From positions 1,736,001 through 1,800,000 of the forward strand of contig CM074814.1 in the NCBI GenBank assembly GCA_037447605.1: a stretch of DNA of 64,000 nt, read 5' to 3'. This document shows, in pieces, positions 1 through 14,699 of the stretch (within the stretch, counting starts at the first letter, position 1; each line of letters begins with the position of its first letter). The translations under genes were made by a program, and so were the position numbers. Source of the stretch: Zygnema circumcarinatum SAG 698-1b. Taxonomy: Eukaryota; Plantae; Zygnematophyceae. The notes under the pieces are model-generated. The model made no database searches. It saw only the letters and a list, made by a program, of their open reading frames with translations, and had not been told where the DNA came from.

Positions 1-1771
1 TCAGTGCGTATAGCAAAGAGAAAGAGCAGTCTGGAGGGTTGAAGGAGAAGGCCAACGGAGCTGTACCTCAGAAACATGAGCCGAAGCCATTGAAGATGAA
101 GCCAAAGAGCGAAGATGTAAAGCAACCCAAAGAGCGAGTAGTTAGCGCTGTGGAGGATTCAAGTACTGGAGAGAAGAAAGAAGTGCTTCCCATGGTTGAC
201 ATAGACATAAAGCCGAAGTCAGAAGAGTCAGCAGTTAGTACAGAGGCTGCAGAACTGGCCAAGAAAAGGGAGGAAGAATATCAGGTTGCCTTGAAGGAGA
301 AAAGAAGGGAAGAGGCCTTCGCAAAATCTAAGGAAGCTGAAGAAAGGAAGAAGAGGCTGGCAGAGAAAGTGCAGGCAAGGGCTCAAGTCCGTGCTATGAA
401 GGACGCCGAGGAAGCTGCTAAGCGGCGAGAGAAAGTGAGTCTTTGCATGTTTTCAGTTTGCTGCCAGATTGGTGACTGAGGGGATTTATGGTCGTTTTAT
501 TTTGCGGGACTGTGTTGAGATAGTTTGGATAAAAGCAATTACGAAGGTCTGGAATAGCAACTGGCAACTAACTAACTGATGTCAGTAATGGGACCCCATG
601 CTTGTCGAAACAAAATCATTTAATTTCTGGGTCATGCTGCAAGATACTCTCTGTGCGAGGCTGGTGTGAGGAATGAGAAACTAGGGAAGTGATAAGTACC
701 TGCATGAGAACACAGTAGTCGCCAAGCTGTCCTGCGCGGCCTTCAGATTATCGCACACCGTATTCAAGGACTAGAAAGAAAGATGCATGAGGGACTGAAG
801 AGCGGCTGGAAGTGATGCCATTGAATTGAAATGACTCAGATATGATGAGGCTTATCTAAAGATATCAAACTTAGCATTAAGAGTGTGACAATGTAAAATC
901 TAATTATTTTTTTAGGCTATAAAGAAAGGAGTGCTGCTTATAGTGAGTTATGCGGCCACTATGGGGTAGAGCTAGCACGATAGATTTGGTGGAAAGTGTG
1001 AGACTTGCATACTTGTACGAGGCTGTTAAAGGTAGAAGAAGGTCCTATGTAGGCAGAACGAGATAGGTTTTTTGGCCTTGCTGGAAGATGGTAAGGCGTT
1101 TCGAGATGGGATTGAAGACAAACTAGCACTTTTTCGGTTTCATTATCTTAGAAACACTCAGTGTAAAACCTGTTGGTACAAATTGAATCCCAGAGAATAG
1201 AAGGAGAAGGGCCTGGGGTCCCAAACGAAAAGGAACCCCATGATCCACTCGGCGGCCCATGTGGCAATATGATTTGACTCTACGAATGGCCACGCTTGAG
1301 AAATAGACTTTTTAGACGCGTCTTCTGCGTCATCACTGTCTACTTTCACACTGTTGATCCAATCTCCTCCCGCATGTCTCCTGTGGCGTGATTTAGACCT
1401 CACGAAAGAGTCTCTTTCCTTTTTTTCTACAGGAGAAGCTTCGGAAAGAGCGTAAAAAGGCAGCTTCTAGTGCTGCTGCTCAGGAGTCCGAGGCCGCTGA
1501 AGGTACCTCAGAGGAAGTTGCTGAAGAAGGGTCTGCAGGAGAGCTGCCAGAAACAGTGCCAGCAGCTAAGGAGGACGACTTGTTGACCAGCCGACAGCGC
1601 AAGAGAGCTGCATTGCAGAAAAGGAAAGCAGGTCTTCCTGCAGGGAGGCCTCTGGAGACTGCGCTGGAGAAGCAGTCTGGAAGTTGGCCTCTATCACAGA
1701 TTTATGTGGCAGTACTTGGGGCTGCTGTGATTGTCGTCATTATCGCGGTATTTACTCTACCACACAGCTGA
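1..1771 (+). CDS. PPI1: Proton pump-interactor-like coiled-coil, tail-anchored protein (5' partial; last exons <1-434 and 1433-1771)
   Basis: EEAFAKSKEAEERKKRLAEKVQARAQVRAMKDAEE..REK|EKLRKERKK resembles the plant PPI C-terminal coiled coil; GT at 435 and AG at 1431-1432 join in frame; C-terminal hydrophobic anchor IYVAVLGAAVIVVIIAVF. Confidence 0.75.
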
Positions 1772-2960
1772 TGGGAATGCCTATTTCTTGGGTAAGGATG
1801 ATAGTGTGGCGGTAATTGAAGGTGTATTGGAAAGAACTGCATTGTATTCTGTCTGATTGCAACATAATGATCCTTTTCCCCGCTTGGATTTTCTGAGGTC
1901 ATTCTTGGGTTTTTTTTTTTTGGATTGGTGGGGGAACTCTAACCTCATAAAGTAATATGAAGTGTTTTGTTGCTTTCAAGCATTATATGTAATCCATTGA
2001 CTTTGGGACGTTGCTGAGGTGTATCTGCAGCTGCTTGTTGTGCGCGCATGGTCTGCTAGCGCCGGGGGGGCCAACTAAGCATTGAGGGGAGGGAGCTCCG
2101 GTACAAGCGGAGGCGTGCGCCTGACCTTGTGTTCTACGGAATCGGCACGACATTGTTGACTGCAAACTCAGGCCACAGGGCGGAAGGCCAGAATTTCCCT
2201 CCTGCTGGGAAGGCTTGGGAGTCTCCATGGCAGTCTTGTGAGGGATGCAACGAGAAACGAGTTGCACGCCCAACTCGAGGGCCAAGTTTTGGGATAGATG
2301 GTGAGAGGGCAACTCGGCTGTTGTATTGCGTCTGTTGGCATTTTGCCATGCAGAGGCTATCCATTTCATGCATTTTTCCTGTGATGATACACAACGTTAC
2401 CTGCAAGCTTTTGCAACTTCCAATGGCGATTCGCCATGTATACAAGTTTAACCTTAGACGCTTGTGGCTTTACGTCATTTGTATGTTGCATGCTCAAGAT
2501 CTCATTGAGTTCATTTGGCAAGTTGATGCATACAACGTGGATAGTGTATGTACGAGTGCTATTCTCAAACACGACAAAGTCGGACAGTCAGTATGGGCTT
2601 TTAGTATGTGCATACTTTTGTAAAGTACATGCAACTGTTACCGACTTTTCCGTCTGTGTCTTATTTGCCTTAAGATGATTGCCTCAGACAGGAACCCTGA
2701 CACCTGAAAATCCCAAAAAAAGAAATTAAACAGCCCAACTCCGGACAGTACGACCCACTTGCACTTGTGAACATGCGCACATTCATCTTATTCACAAAAG
2801 CGAGAAAAAAGGGAAGGTCCAATCGTGCTTGATACCCCCAATAGCTACAGCAGATCAGAATTAGCCAAATTAAAATCATAGTTCCCAAATTGGCTAATCT
2901 TAAAATCGCCTGAAGCTCCCACAACCCTAAAACTTAAACCAGAGGCAAAGACAGCTCCCC

Positions 2961-5900
2961 TTATTCCTGGTTGCTGGAAACCCGAAGAATCGATGCCAAT
3001 ATATCTCCCATGGTGTGGGCGTCGTCCTCACCAACGGTGGGCTCCAGCACAGCGGCGTCCAGAGTCAGTTTCCGTTGGGCGATGCCCAAGATGCTCTCAT
3101 CCACACTGCTTCGAGCTACAAGCCTGTCACGTCACATGACAGTTCCATGTCAGTTGAAAACTCCTACGAACTCTGGAAAGGTTATGGGAGCACCTCTGGT
3201 GACATTTAGTCAGCTGGCATAGCTAGAAAGGCAGCAATAATTCGGTCACTTCAGTCTTTTCAGTGGTCATACAGTCGTTCAGTTAGATCAGGGCACAGCA
3301 GTGGGCCAGTCTTTCCTGTCACGGGTATTGCAGGAGGGGGAGGAAAGCTTTTCAGAATGAAGACGATCTCTTCAAGTTGACGGCCAATGCATACATACGA
3401 ACTCGAAAGGCCTGGAGGGGATGTTTAGGAGGCCCTAGATGAAAGCTTTGACCAAAAAACTAGCCCAATTCTGGCGTCCTGCTATGCTGTCACCTTCATG
3501 AACATCGACCTTACTATGGAACAGCCGTCATATCAACAAATAGGTGGAAAAGCCCAATCCGTAGTGACAGCTATGAAAATTGTTAGGGAGGAGAATGAGG
3601 CAGCCCACCTATAAACAGTCACGGCTCGCGTCTGTCCAATTCGATGACATCGGTCCTCCGCCTGCCTATCCACTTGTGGGTTAAAATCCACATCGTGAAG
3701 GATTACTGTGTCAGCTCCGGTCAGGTTCAAGCCCTGCCCTCCTGCCCTTGTTGAAAGAAGGAAAGCGAAAATGGACTTGTTGGAGTTGTACTCATCCACA
3801 AGGTCCTGCCGATCGCTCACAGCGGTCCTGCAAACAGTTCGGCCCATTAGCAATGACAGTGCTAAACAATGCCATTGGTCAAAATTGTGAAGCGACAACA
3901 CTACTTATGGTGAAATTACTACAGCCGTCGTTGACATTCTTCGCAGAAAGTCGGCATGTGTCCGTTGCAGGAAAACGAAAAGCTTGCTCATTCTTATGTC
4001 CAAACATCAAACTCAGACATAGCATGCTCGCAGCTTCGAGATGGGGACACACAAAATTGAGCCTGAGAAAACTAAGTGGCAGATATTTTTAGTCCTTTGC
4101 TAGTGGACGGGCGTGTAGATATGGAGGCCAACTCTTACTTGCCATCCAAGCGTACGAATGAAAAACCCATTGTGTCCAGAGCAGCCTCCAGGATATCCAG
4201 AAGTTGAGTCCATTGGCTAAATATCAGCACTCTATGGCCGTCCTCTTGCAGTCGAGGAAGCAGGCCAGCAAGGGCCTGCAAGAACTCCGCACAGGTATGA
4301 GCAAAAATGCACATAGCCACCAAAAGGAGGTTCTTGAAAACATACATTAAATTTTTCAGCTCACCTGACATTTTCCTGAAGCAAGGATAGCTGTAGGCGG
4401 CAGTACTTTGCTCGCTAGTGACCCACCAAACGTGATACACAGCTGCAAACAGCCGAAAAACAGCAATATATGTCAGGATAGTGCTGTGCATTATTGGGCA
4501 TATGGAAGGGGGCCTACATGGCTGATAAAAAAATAAAACTCACAAAAACGACTGGCAAAATCCGAGGATGCACCATAGGGACTTCAGCTGGGCGATTGCA
4601 GGGTCTTACGGAAAGCTAAGAACTGCGATTCAACTTTTCTCGCTCCCAAAGAAACGTGCGCACAAGTAATTCTCTAAGCAGATTCCCATGAATCCTTCTC
4701 AGTGGGAATGAAAGCTATTAGGTTTGACACAAACCGTGATACAGCAGCATTAAGCTCCTCATTTCGCACGCTATTCTCGAAAAGTAATTGTTCAAAATAT
4801 TTCTCTTAAATGGATCCTCAAAGCAATGTATATTACACCACGATCACTCTTTACCTGATGGAGTCTAAAGTCGCTATATTCTCGAATCTCTTCCAGCACA
4901 CGTTGTTCTGTACATTCGCCACCAAAGTGTCGATGAGCATGTAGAGTTCGAGCTATCTTTGCCAATGCTTCGTCTGTGTATAGCCTTCTCAGAAGCAACG
5001 GATGATTTGCCAGCTGCAGATCAAAACATTACCTTTCAAGGTCATCTTCACATTGCAGTTATCATTTCATGTTGGGAAGACTGACTAATTAGGTGCCTTA
5101 CTAGCTAACTTCAACTTTCAGATTCAGGACGGAGGAAGTGACATGCACAGAGGAAAGGCATTTGAATAAAAGGAAACACAGGTGAAAATGGGGAATTTCG
5201 GCTGGTTAAGAGTACAAGAAGGTGTACGACCAATGAGCAATAACGTCCGATCAAACATAGACAACAGGCAGCCCATGCTTATTCTTGTTGCTGATATGGA
5301 CGCACTGAACAGAAACTTCATGCATTAGCAGTAGCAGAAAACCAGCCATCGCCAATACCACTATTAGGTGTGACGTTTTGTTTGCAGCAAGTGGAGGGTA
5401 ACTTGTTCTGCTCAACAAGCCTACAGAGGCGAATGAAATGCAACTCTCACTTTCCGTAGGTGAGTAAAAATGTTCGCTATTTGCCGCTTTGGCAACAGGT
5501 CCACCATTTTCCCGCAATCAGCATCTGCCTGGATAGCTGCCCTTGCAGCCACAGCGCGCCTGTACTCTTCTACTGCTTCTGAATAGCCCTTAGCCTGCTC
5601 AGGAACCATATCGAGAAGTTCCACCTGCCCATGCATGCAGAAAATGTTAGGGAGTGCCGGCACAGCCATGCCTTCTCGGCCTTGTACAGTAAGTCCATGT
5701 CCTAACGTCACTCGTTGCTGTAAAAAACACATTCTAGTCCCATGCAATCCGTACATTTGACATAGGTCACACCTATGCACCAAACTGTGGAACCGTAGCA
5801 AAGTTTCAAGTGAGCGTGTAATATCTCTAGACTGTTTCACTGGATGTGCATGTAACTGAACAAAACCGGCACAGAGAAATCATGCCATATTTTGTGGCGA

Positions 5901-8900
5901 CTTATCGACTACTAATTAAACAGCACATGTAGCATATACTCCACCTGCCAAGCTTACTACAGAACGTCCAAGCAACACATATGCCAGGTGGCAAAACGTT
6001 TTAGTTATCTTAGCAATCGCATTTATGATTTGAAGATAACATCAGTGAGCCATACACGCAAGAAGTCTACTTCTGAGAAAACCTCTATGTGCAAAATCTC
6101 CAGAAGAAAGTTCAACCGTGTTTACCTTCTGGACCTTTGGAACAAGCTGACTCATGACATCTGCTTTCATTCGACGAAGCACAAAAGGCCCCAAAATGCC
6201 TTTCACTCGCGCAATCAGATCACCTTTGGCCAAATTTCCAGCATCTGCTCGGCTGCCCAAATATTGACTGAGGTCATAGCCTTTCGTAGTAAAAATGGCC
6301 GGCATTAGGAATTCGAGAAGGGACCACAGCTCCTGCAGAAGTATGAGTGTCAACATATTGACGAGCGAAAGCCAGTTGGATTTGTTGAAAATCATGGCGA
6401 AAGTTCCCTTCGCTTTCCAGTGCGGAAGAAAAAGAAATAAGCTTGCGATGGCAGAGACGATGCACCATGACGCTCTATGAAGTTGATGACACTTAAGCAA
6501 CATCTCAGCTTACATAACAAACAAACACGGGTCCAGCAAGTTCGATATGGCTTGTTTTCCAGCATCTTCTAAGAAAGCATTCAACACAAAACCAAATGTT
6601 GACATTCATAAATACCTGAAGATCATTTTGCAAAGGAGTACCAGTTAGCATGATACGATGACGCGCAGTTCCAGCGATATCACGTAATTTCCGAGTGCGT
6701 GTAGCAGATCGGTCCTTGAGCAGATGTGCTTCATCCATCAAAACACAGGAGAATGGCCACTTACGAAGAAACTTTCTGTCATCTTTCTGTGCGGGACTAT
6801 TAACAGCCAGCACCACGATTGCTTGTTGTGAGAAGCTGCCAGAGAAGCGACACAATTGCTGAAATTCCAACAACCTATCCTGCTGAATGCAATCATGTGA
6901 GCGTTCACATGGCTCCACCCTTCCCAGCCTCGCTCAGGGAATCGTAAACTGTGGGGTGCAATCTTGCGCTCTTCCTGTTAATTATACTTCCATCTACAGG
7001 CCCTGTTGACTTCAAAAAATAACTAGGGACTCGAGGCATCCCAGCCTAAGGTATCCATGGATGTGTAAACCATCTTATTTCCGCCATCACTTGTTATCAC
7101 TGAACAAATGCACCACTGCTTTAAAAATAAAATAAAAACGGGTTGGTACATGGTACTTGGTAGTAGCATTGCGGATGGCAAGCACATAAGGCCTTACCTG
7201 TCGCGTTCAAAGAGGGAGTAGCAAGTCAACATGACATCAAAAGCCTTCTTTCGAGACGCTGCTGTACTGGAAAGCTCATGACGTATAGCGCTCCGCTCGG
7301 CACCATGATAAACGACCACACAAAGTGAAGGGCACCAGCGCTTCAGCTCCCGCTGCCAATTCTCCAACAAAGAAGCTGGTGCTACCACAAGATGTGGCCC
7401 TGGATCCTTGTCTATTTGAGCCAATAGAGCGAGAAAGGTGATGGCCTACGTCAATGAAATAGAAAACAGAGAAGGTTAACATTGCCACCTGGCATCAAAC
7501 ATTCAAATGCTTGGGTAACAGTGGACAAACGATAGAAGATTCTGTTTCAATAACAAACATTCCTTTCTCTAAAGGAAGCACAAAGGTCGATGCAACAGAG
7601 GATATAGTTTGTCTACCTGCACTGTCTTTCCAAGTCCCATTTCATCCGCCAGGATTGCTGCATAGTACCACAATGATATCGAGGTGTAAGCAATTTCGTT
7701 GGGAATGGATGGTATAGAACACTAACATTTAGGACCGAGACAAAAAGCCACTGACATTATTAGCAAGCACACACCAAGAAAAGAGATAGTCATTAAATTC
7801 AGGGAGCTGTGCATCAGGTACAAACCTCCTCCAACCTTCTGACGGTAGAGCAGAAGCAAGAAGTTGACCCCCACTAACTGATAAGGTTTCAACTCCACGC
7901 TGCCATGACCACATGCTCCGTCCACGTCCCTCTGCAGCGTAACCTCTACCTGAAGGTTAGAAAGATTTGACAAATCGTCTGTACCACATGGTTTTCACTT
8001 TGGACCACGATAAAAAGAAGCAAACTACACAACTGCAAGGACGCATGAGAACCACGAAGTGCACAACTAAAGTCTGTGCAGGCAAACACCGAGCGGGGGA
8101 GTATCTGCCAACCTGCGTGACGAGGCAACTCGGGGATGGGTTGATTTCTGAACAAAGATCCAAGCCTGTTGAGTCACTGCTAGAAATCGACGAAGACAAA
8201 ATTTCCTTCAAGTCGAGGGCAATTAACTCACACGTCCGCATAACTGCTTGTACTGGATCCAGCTCCTTGTCATTCACTTGATGTTGTAGCTCAGAAATCC
8301 GTGTGCGATCCCGAGATGATTTCAAGTTGCTTGGAACATTTTTACTCTGGGAATATGGGTTGCCATTAGTACCTAACACTTGGCTCAGTTTCTGAACGGT
8401 TCCATTGCCCCCAGGCTCTGTCGTATTTCTTGAGCGTGTCAAAGTGACTTTCATGGAAGCGTTTAAATACTTGTTATCTGCTGTTTCTTCCTCGTCACTA
8501 TCGTCAATAACTACTCTTCTCTTTGCTAATTTCACCTTCTTTGCTGCCCTTCCTAATGGCAAGCTGCTTTCAACTCCGTCGTCTTCTATGTCAGTGGAGC
8601 TTTTTGCTGCAACCTCAGACTCCGGTATCAATACGCCTATTGTGGGAATAGCACGTTGAACATCGCGAGTCCTCCCCTTTCTAGGTATTATTTCACCTCG
8701 AATGAACTTAGAATCAGGCTGACCATGACCGTTTGCCTCCTCTACGGCTTCTCTGCTTTCAGTAAACTTCCCCAAACAGTCTCCTCCAGAGAGCCGACTG
8801 ACGGCTACCCAGCCTTCAGCTTGCTTTGACGCTTGCTGATCATTGACCCCGCACCGACTTCCTCCAACATGCTTCACGGCAGCATCATGTGCAAAGCGAT

Positions 8901-9267
8901 CAAATGAGGGCAGCTGCGACTCTGCCACAGACTTGGCAGCTGCTTCACTCCTCGCTGACTCACTATTTGATGTAGCAGTTCTCCTTCGTTTGCCAACTGT
9001 GACCTTCTCCTTTGGCTTCTCTCCTTGATGAGACCTCTGCTGCTGTGTGTGCACGCGCACAGGACCAAGAAGTCGGGACGCCTGCACGCTGATGTGACTC
9101 CCTTCAGGAGTCTCCACTTCATCAACAAGGTCAATTACACTCGGCGTGCAGCGCTGCTTTGGCACGACTGGGCTGTTCTCTTTTTCCAATAATCGCAAGT
9201 CGCTCTTTCCAGTAGGAGGGTTGTATTTGCTTATGGTTGGCCTCCCCCTGCTCCCCTGGACATTCAT
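2961..9267 (-). CDS. CHR19: SNF2-family chromatin remodeller, CHR19/ETL1 (SMARCAD1-like), multi-exon; start codon approximate
   Basis: Exons encode [121 protein letters not shown]; final exon [26 protein letters not shown] ends at TAA 2961-2963. Confidence 0.9.
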
Positions 9268-10218
9268 TGTCGAGCAGGCAAGGCAGCACAAGAGCAGCCA
9301 GCCTTTTGCAGACTGGCGGTGAAAGATGGATCAGAAGCCCGACCGCAGTCAGGCTATAGTCCAAAACTCGTCCTTTCCAATCACGCGTTGTGCACTAGAC
9401 GCGCGTGAAGAGTCATCCGAGCGTCAATTTCAGCGACGCGAATTTTATGTCAAATGGTTTAAATAGGATAAAAGCAGCCCGAGCATCCAGGTAGTGATGT
9501 AGCCTTAGCTGATATTTCACTGTCATCCAGAAAATGGAAGCCTGTGCTTGCCGACTGGCTTCAATATGGAGCGTTTGGCAGCCATGCCTCGGCTGGGGAC
9601 AGCCCTGGAGGGAGGGAGGGAGTCACAGCAGGCTCTCAATTTCTGTGAAGTACTAACTGCTTGCTGGGCTGCAGCCAAGAGAACATTTCCCTCTGCCCGG
9701 AGGAGCGGGCAGCCTGAAAACCCTGGCTCTTTCTCTCCTACTGCTCGAATCGGCGGGAAAAAACGCTTTTAAAAAATAATTTTAGAGTCACCTTAATATT
9801 TACTGAACTGGTCTCTAATGCCTGTCCGTTTCTGCGTGCCCTGCAGCTCCAATTCGGCGTCACATGCCGCAGTTGAAACAGCGTTCACCATTACTGCGCT
9901 AACGAAGGGTTCCGTGCAGCGAAACCACCCACCTTGTCCATGGGGGTGGTCTCATTTTGTCGTATGCGACTTCGGCTGTACGAAACCATAGTCGTGACCA
10001 CTTTCTGGACCTTAGCGACAGCCATCCGCCAACCACAAAGCGCCACGTACGCACTAGTCTGTACGTGGCGACCTGCCATTGGGAGATGCGCGACTACAGC
10101 ACGCAATGGAGAGGGGCGTGAAGAGGGAGGGGCTCCGAGAGCTTGCGGTTGAAACTTCGAACCTGCCGACCCGCCTGGGTGGGAGAAAGGGAGGGAGGAA
10201 GAGTGCGTGGCTGCGGCC

Positions 10219-11022
10219 ATGGCTGATGCGAGCCTCTCTCTCAGTCGGCGACCATGGGATATTCTGTACATTGCTTTCTTCGCATTGCACATTCCCACCA
10301 CGGTGCTGCTGGATAGCCAGGTGGTGCTGCCACGCCGCCTCTACCCACAGCCGATCGTCGATCTCCTTGATTGGCACATCAGAATCAACCAGGACTTTCT
10401 CTGCGGTACTTGCTCACTGCCTCACGAGCGGCACCTATGTGTCTCGCCGAATAAATGTTGCATTGGTTCGCACTTTCCAACAGGAGAGTCAAGCAGTCAG
10501 CGGTCCACCACCTTGAAAGCATCTTAATGAAAATCCTCCCGGAATGCCTCCGTATTGACCGGAAATGTTGCTCAACAGTTGGATTTTTCCGAGAGCCACC
10601 TAAACACCTGAAGGATTGAATCCAACTGGTTCACTTTTAAACTATAATTTGCGAGTGTTGTGGGCGTCCTGCTTAACCTGAACAGCGAACTTGCTTTTCG
10701 CAGGAAATAAACCTCGGTGGTTTGTTGCCCTTTGTGCCGGCGAGGTTGTCCTGCAACTGCCGTACTTCTTTGTGGCCATTTATGCTTTCGTCTACGGTGC
10801 GATAAAAGAATGCCTTGGCCTATGCGTCCCGCTCTTTGTTCATATTGACAAGAAACTGTTCGACTTCCTACGCTTCCGCTTGATTGAATTCGAGGTCCTT
10901 CCACTTTCTTGGGTTGCAGGCAAGGAATGGATACGCGTGCCATCGATAATCTATGCAGCTCATGTTGTGACCACAATGGTGAGTGGTTGTAAAGTTCAAC
11001 TTTTCAAAATTGACCTTCCAAC

Positions 11023-11053
<31 letters not shown>

Positions 11054-11378
11054 GGGAAAGGCCATAGATATTTCATCCAGTGGTCATCTCAGTATGTCCT
11101 GAATGCCGCTGCTCCCCCTCCTTTTCCTCGTATCTTGCCACTTACTTTACTGCCTTTCCTCATGCTGTGATTCCCGATGATATCGAGCGTGCCTGTTTCC
11201 ACATGCGCAGATTCCTATTCTTTCTGAAATCGCGCTTTCTTCACTGGCTCTGCCAGCACGCTTGAATCTGCTGGCTGTATACTTACCATATCTTCTCATC
11301 CCGCTGGGACTTCTTTTCAGAGTAGGCTTGTACAATTCGTTGTTTACCCAATCCCAGGATAGAGTGAAGTCTGAGTGA
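10219..11378 (+). CDS. EXPERA-domain membrane protein (TMEM97/MAC30/sigma-2 receptor-like), multi-exon
   Basis: RRPWDILYIAFFALHIPTTVLLDSQ..., PRWFVALCAGEVVLQLPYFFVAIYAF, KEWIRVPSIIYAAHVVTTM, LLAVYLPYLLIPL follow the TMEM97/EXPERA pattern. Confidence 0.85.
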
Positions 11379-11621
11379 TCATGCTTCTGTATAGGAGGGG
11401 CCATTCTTCATTTCGCTTAGTGAAATACGGCAAGTTTTTGCGTTGATAAGGTTGTAAATTGTAGTTTCATTCCAGCACATGATAGTCATTCCCAGAAGCT
11501 GAAAAATGTACACAGAAGCTTTCCAGTAATGGACAAGAAAGCGGAGAAAAAGAAGACAAAGATAAATTAAATGCAACGTTTCTGTGACGGGTGAGCTATT
11601 TTTTATCATTGGCGAGGACGT

Positions 11622-14358
11622 CTATGCCGTCAGTCCGCGGGCGTGCCGACCCAAAGCAGCAGCTACAGCTGCCTGTCTCTGTATTGCAGAAAAGTCCCCT
11701 TCCGCAAGAGCTTGCGGGTGGAAAATAGCATCAGAGAGAACCACTGCCGAGGCTCCAGCACTGACGTATGTACATATCATATCTGCAAGAAGGTTTGCCT
11801 CAACTGAGTTTGTCAGACAGCTCTGCATGAAGACAGTGTCAATAACACATGAGAGAGACACAGATATGTGACATGCACGAGCACCTGACCGCGAGCATGA
11901 GGCTGTCGATGTGGACGAATGGACTCACCAGAAGTCACCTTGTGCGCTGCCACTAGCGGAATTGTGGGCATGGACCGGCGCATGGCACGGATAAGGTCAG
12001 TACCTCCTGCAGGGCCGATAGGGAACACCTGCGGAACCAGAGGCAAGGGGAAATGCCAGTCGGCTGACAGTTGGTGAGTCCAGAATGTGGTAAGCGGTGA
12101 ACTTTGCGCGTTTGAGCTTAGGATTGTCTCTCAGGTCTTCAACAGCTTATCACTTTCTAATAATAGAGTCACGAGCAACCAAGCTGGTCCCTTACCTTCA
12201 CCATGCGGGCTCCAAGCTTGTGTGCTCGCAAGATCTGGCAAGGCAAAAGAAGGCTCTCAGAAGGAAACTAGCAGAACAGGACGATGGCATTTCCCCTCCG
12301 ACAGCAGCTTAACAGTTGGCAGCCTTCTCGTTGTGTAGCAGGACTGCACCTCTGTTGGAGTCATTGCTCCTGGGATAAACACTGACGGTCCAGCTCTCAG
12401 ACGAGCAACAAGGTCCTGCACACGGAGAAGTAGATCACGGCTAAAAGCTGTAATGGAAGCATCGCTTACATTCTCAAGTGAAAGTTATGCAGAATCGCAA
12501 CTGAATATGCAGCATTGTTGTGAAGAGATGAGCTCTAAAAGCAAACTCACTACCTCATCAGTGGCAGGACTCATCAGAAACTTGGCTCCGGATGCCAAAG
12601 CACCTGCAGCACCTTCCTCTGAAAGTACTGTGCCTGCCTGCAAACAAAACCCTTCGTTAGTTCCAACCAAACGCTTCAGCGCGTGCAGAGGAGTGTATTT
12701 GCATCATCTTATTAAGCTTTGGCGAACTTATTGGCTAACTACTGCTACTTGGCTACCACTTGGCTACTACTTGGCTTTTGCGGCCATCATAAAAAAGCAA
12801 CAAAACTTGTGATGAATTTTATGCAGTGCAACTTGACTAACTAGATGTCTCTGAGCAGCTCAAATCATCGCGTTTGCATTGCTTTAGGATTAACTTAACT
12901 TCCCCTTGAAAGACGGAAGAGGACGGATACTGATGCCAAGATACTAAGTTTATAATATGGACGAGCAAACGTGCGATGCCCATTCATGCACTGTCGGTTA
13001 ACTCAATCGCAAAATCGAAACTTGTGCTCTCACGAGCTCATCCACTAGTCAACCCTTATCGCATTTGCATCTACAGTTAGATATTTGCCACGCCCACTCG
13101 AGAACTGACCCCAATGATTGCTCCAGGGTACTCCTTCACAAGCGCCTCGATCACCTGAAGGCCAGTCCAACCAAAACAAGAAAGGACAGGGAGGAGTTGG
13201 GAAGAAAAGAAGGAAGAAAGAGCCTGGATTTTGTGAGTTTCATGAGTGCCAACAAAAATGGAAATCTATAAACGATTGAAGCGATGTATAGATAGCAGCA
13301 AAATCTACTAACCTCTTCGGCAGAAGGAGTTGTAAGTGTAATTTCCAACTGTCAGCCACATCAGCCAAATGCCACAATTAGTTGTGAAAGACTTAAGTCA
13401 TGACAAGCATCAGGCATTGCATGGCTCATTAAACTTCAACACGAATACTACAGAAGATATCATCCAAACCAGCGAGCTTCTTAGAAGCACCACCTACATT
13501 AAGTATTCGTAGACCAAATACAGACACGCCTAAGCTCACTTTGCCAAATGAGTTTCCTATCAACTTGATAAACATACATGAATAGAGGGTTGAAAATTCG
13601 TGGGAACATTTGTCCATTCATAAGCCCTGTCCAAACGTTTGTAACCCAGGACGATTTTTGGCAAGTTACTTGAGGACTCTGTCAAAACTTCTTCCTGATT
13701 TACGAAAACTAGCAACAATAGTCGATAAAAAATAGTGATAGATGTTTTATTCATCATGTCTCCTTACTGTGGAGCTACAAAACGAGCCATGCACATCATG
13801 TTGTCACTTACCACTAAGATGCCGCCATTCAAGGCGCTTCTTGCTGCTTTCAAAGCCGTCTCTGGTCTGCAAGCCCCCTGAGAAACATTAAACCCTATGC
13901 ATATTGTGCATAGACGAATTAATTTGCAACTGCGCTCGATCTCCTTTCTCTTTGCTCCCTTCTACTTCAAAGGAAGCCAAGTGTTTGAACCGCTTCGCAT
14001 CACGCGCCAAGCAAAGAAGAGGAGAAACTAGGAAGTACCTTTCAGCGCGTACACACGCTATGACTGCTGTTTCATGTATCAAACGCACAGTGGAGAGTGC
14101 TCCTGCCTCGCTCCGTTGCGAATCATCACTTGCAAACGTCTCCGCAAAGGGAGCAGCGAGCAAGTCCTGGTGGCTCTTCCTTGAATCGACAATTGACATT
14201 GACTGTATGGCGGACATGCTTCTCACTCGTCCTCTCCTCCATCGCCGCGAATGCACGGACTGAACAGGCGGACCTTTTCCACGAAATGCATCACATGCCG
14301 ACTGCAGACAACTGTCATGGCATGCTGCTACTACATGCCTCCATGCCAGAGCCACCAT
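11622..14358 (-). CDS. EDA: KDPG/KHG aldolase (Eda-like), probably with an organellar transit peptide; start approximate
   Basis: Spliced exons VIACVRAE, PETALKAARSALNGGILV, LEITLTTP, AGTVLSEEGAAGALASGAKFLMSP, FIPGAMTPTE, ARMVK|VFP (Schiff-base Lys), AGASAVVLSDAIF. Confidence 0.88.
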
Positions 14359-14699
14359 GAGGCAGTACAACACCTCCTTCAGGATGTAGTAGATTCCTCT
14401 CGCATCAGCCTACGACCGTGAGGATGACGCCATATGACTGTCACTGGGCGCGCTACCGCTAGGCGCCGCCATGGACCAAGCTTCAGGCCTGCCTGACCGC
14501 AACGCCACGAAGGATGCATGGGCCCATCATCCATGGCATGGCATGGCATGGCACGGCTCGGAGTCATCCGCCCCCGCACGAAGTGTTCACATGTGCCAGT
14601 TCGGGCTGAAATTCGATTTGAACACCTCCCACATAGAAACGTGCAAAGCGTGTTGTGGCCGTCACCTGCAACCGTTCTATGCCGTCAAATTCTGCCAGC

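Noticed and set aside
1983-2924. ORFs of 80-164 aa between PPI and CHR19
   Set aside because: No recognisable domain, overlapping in both strands, located in convergent 3' regions
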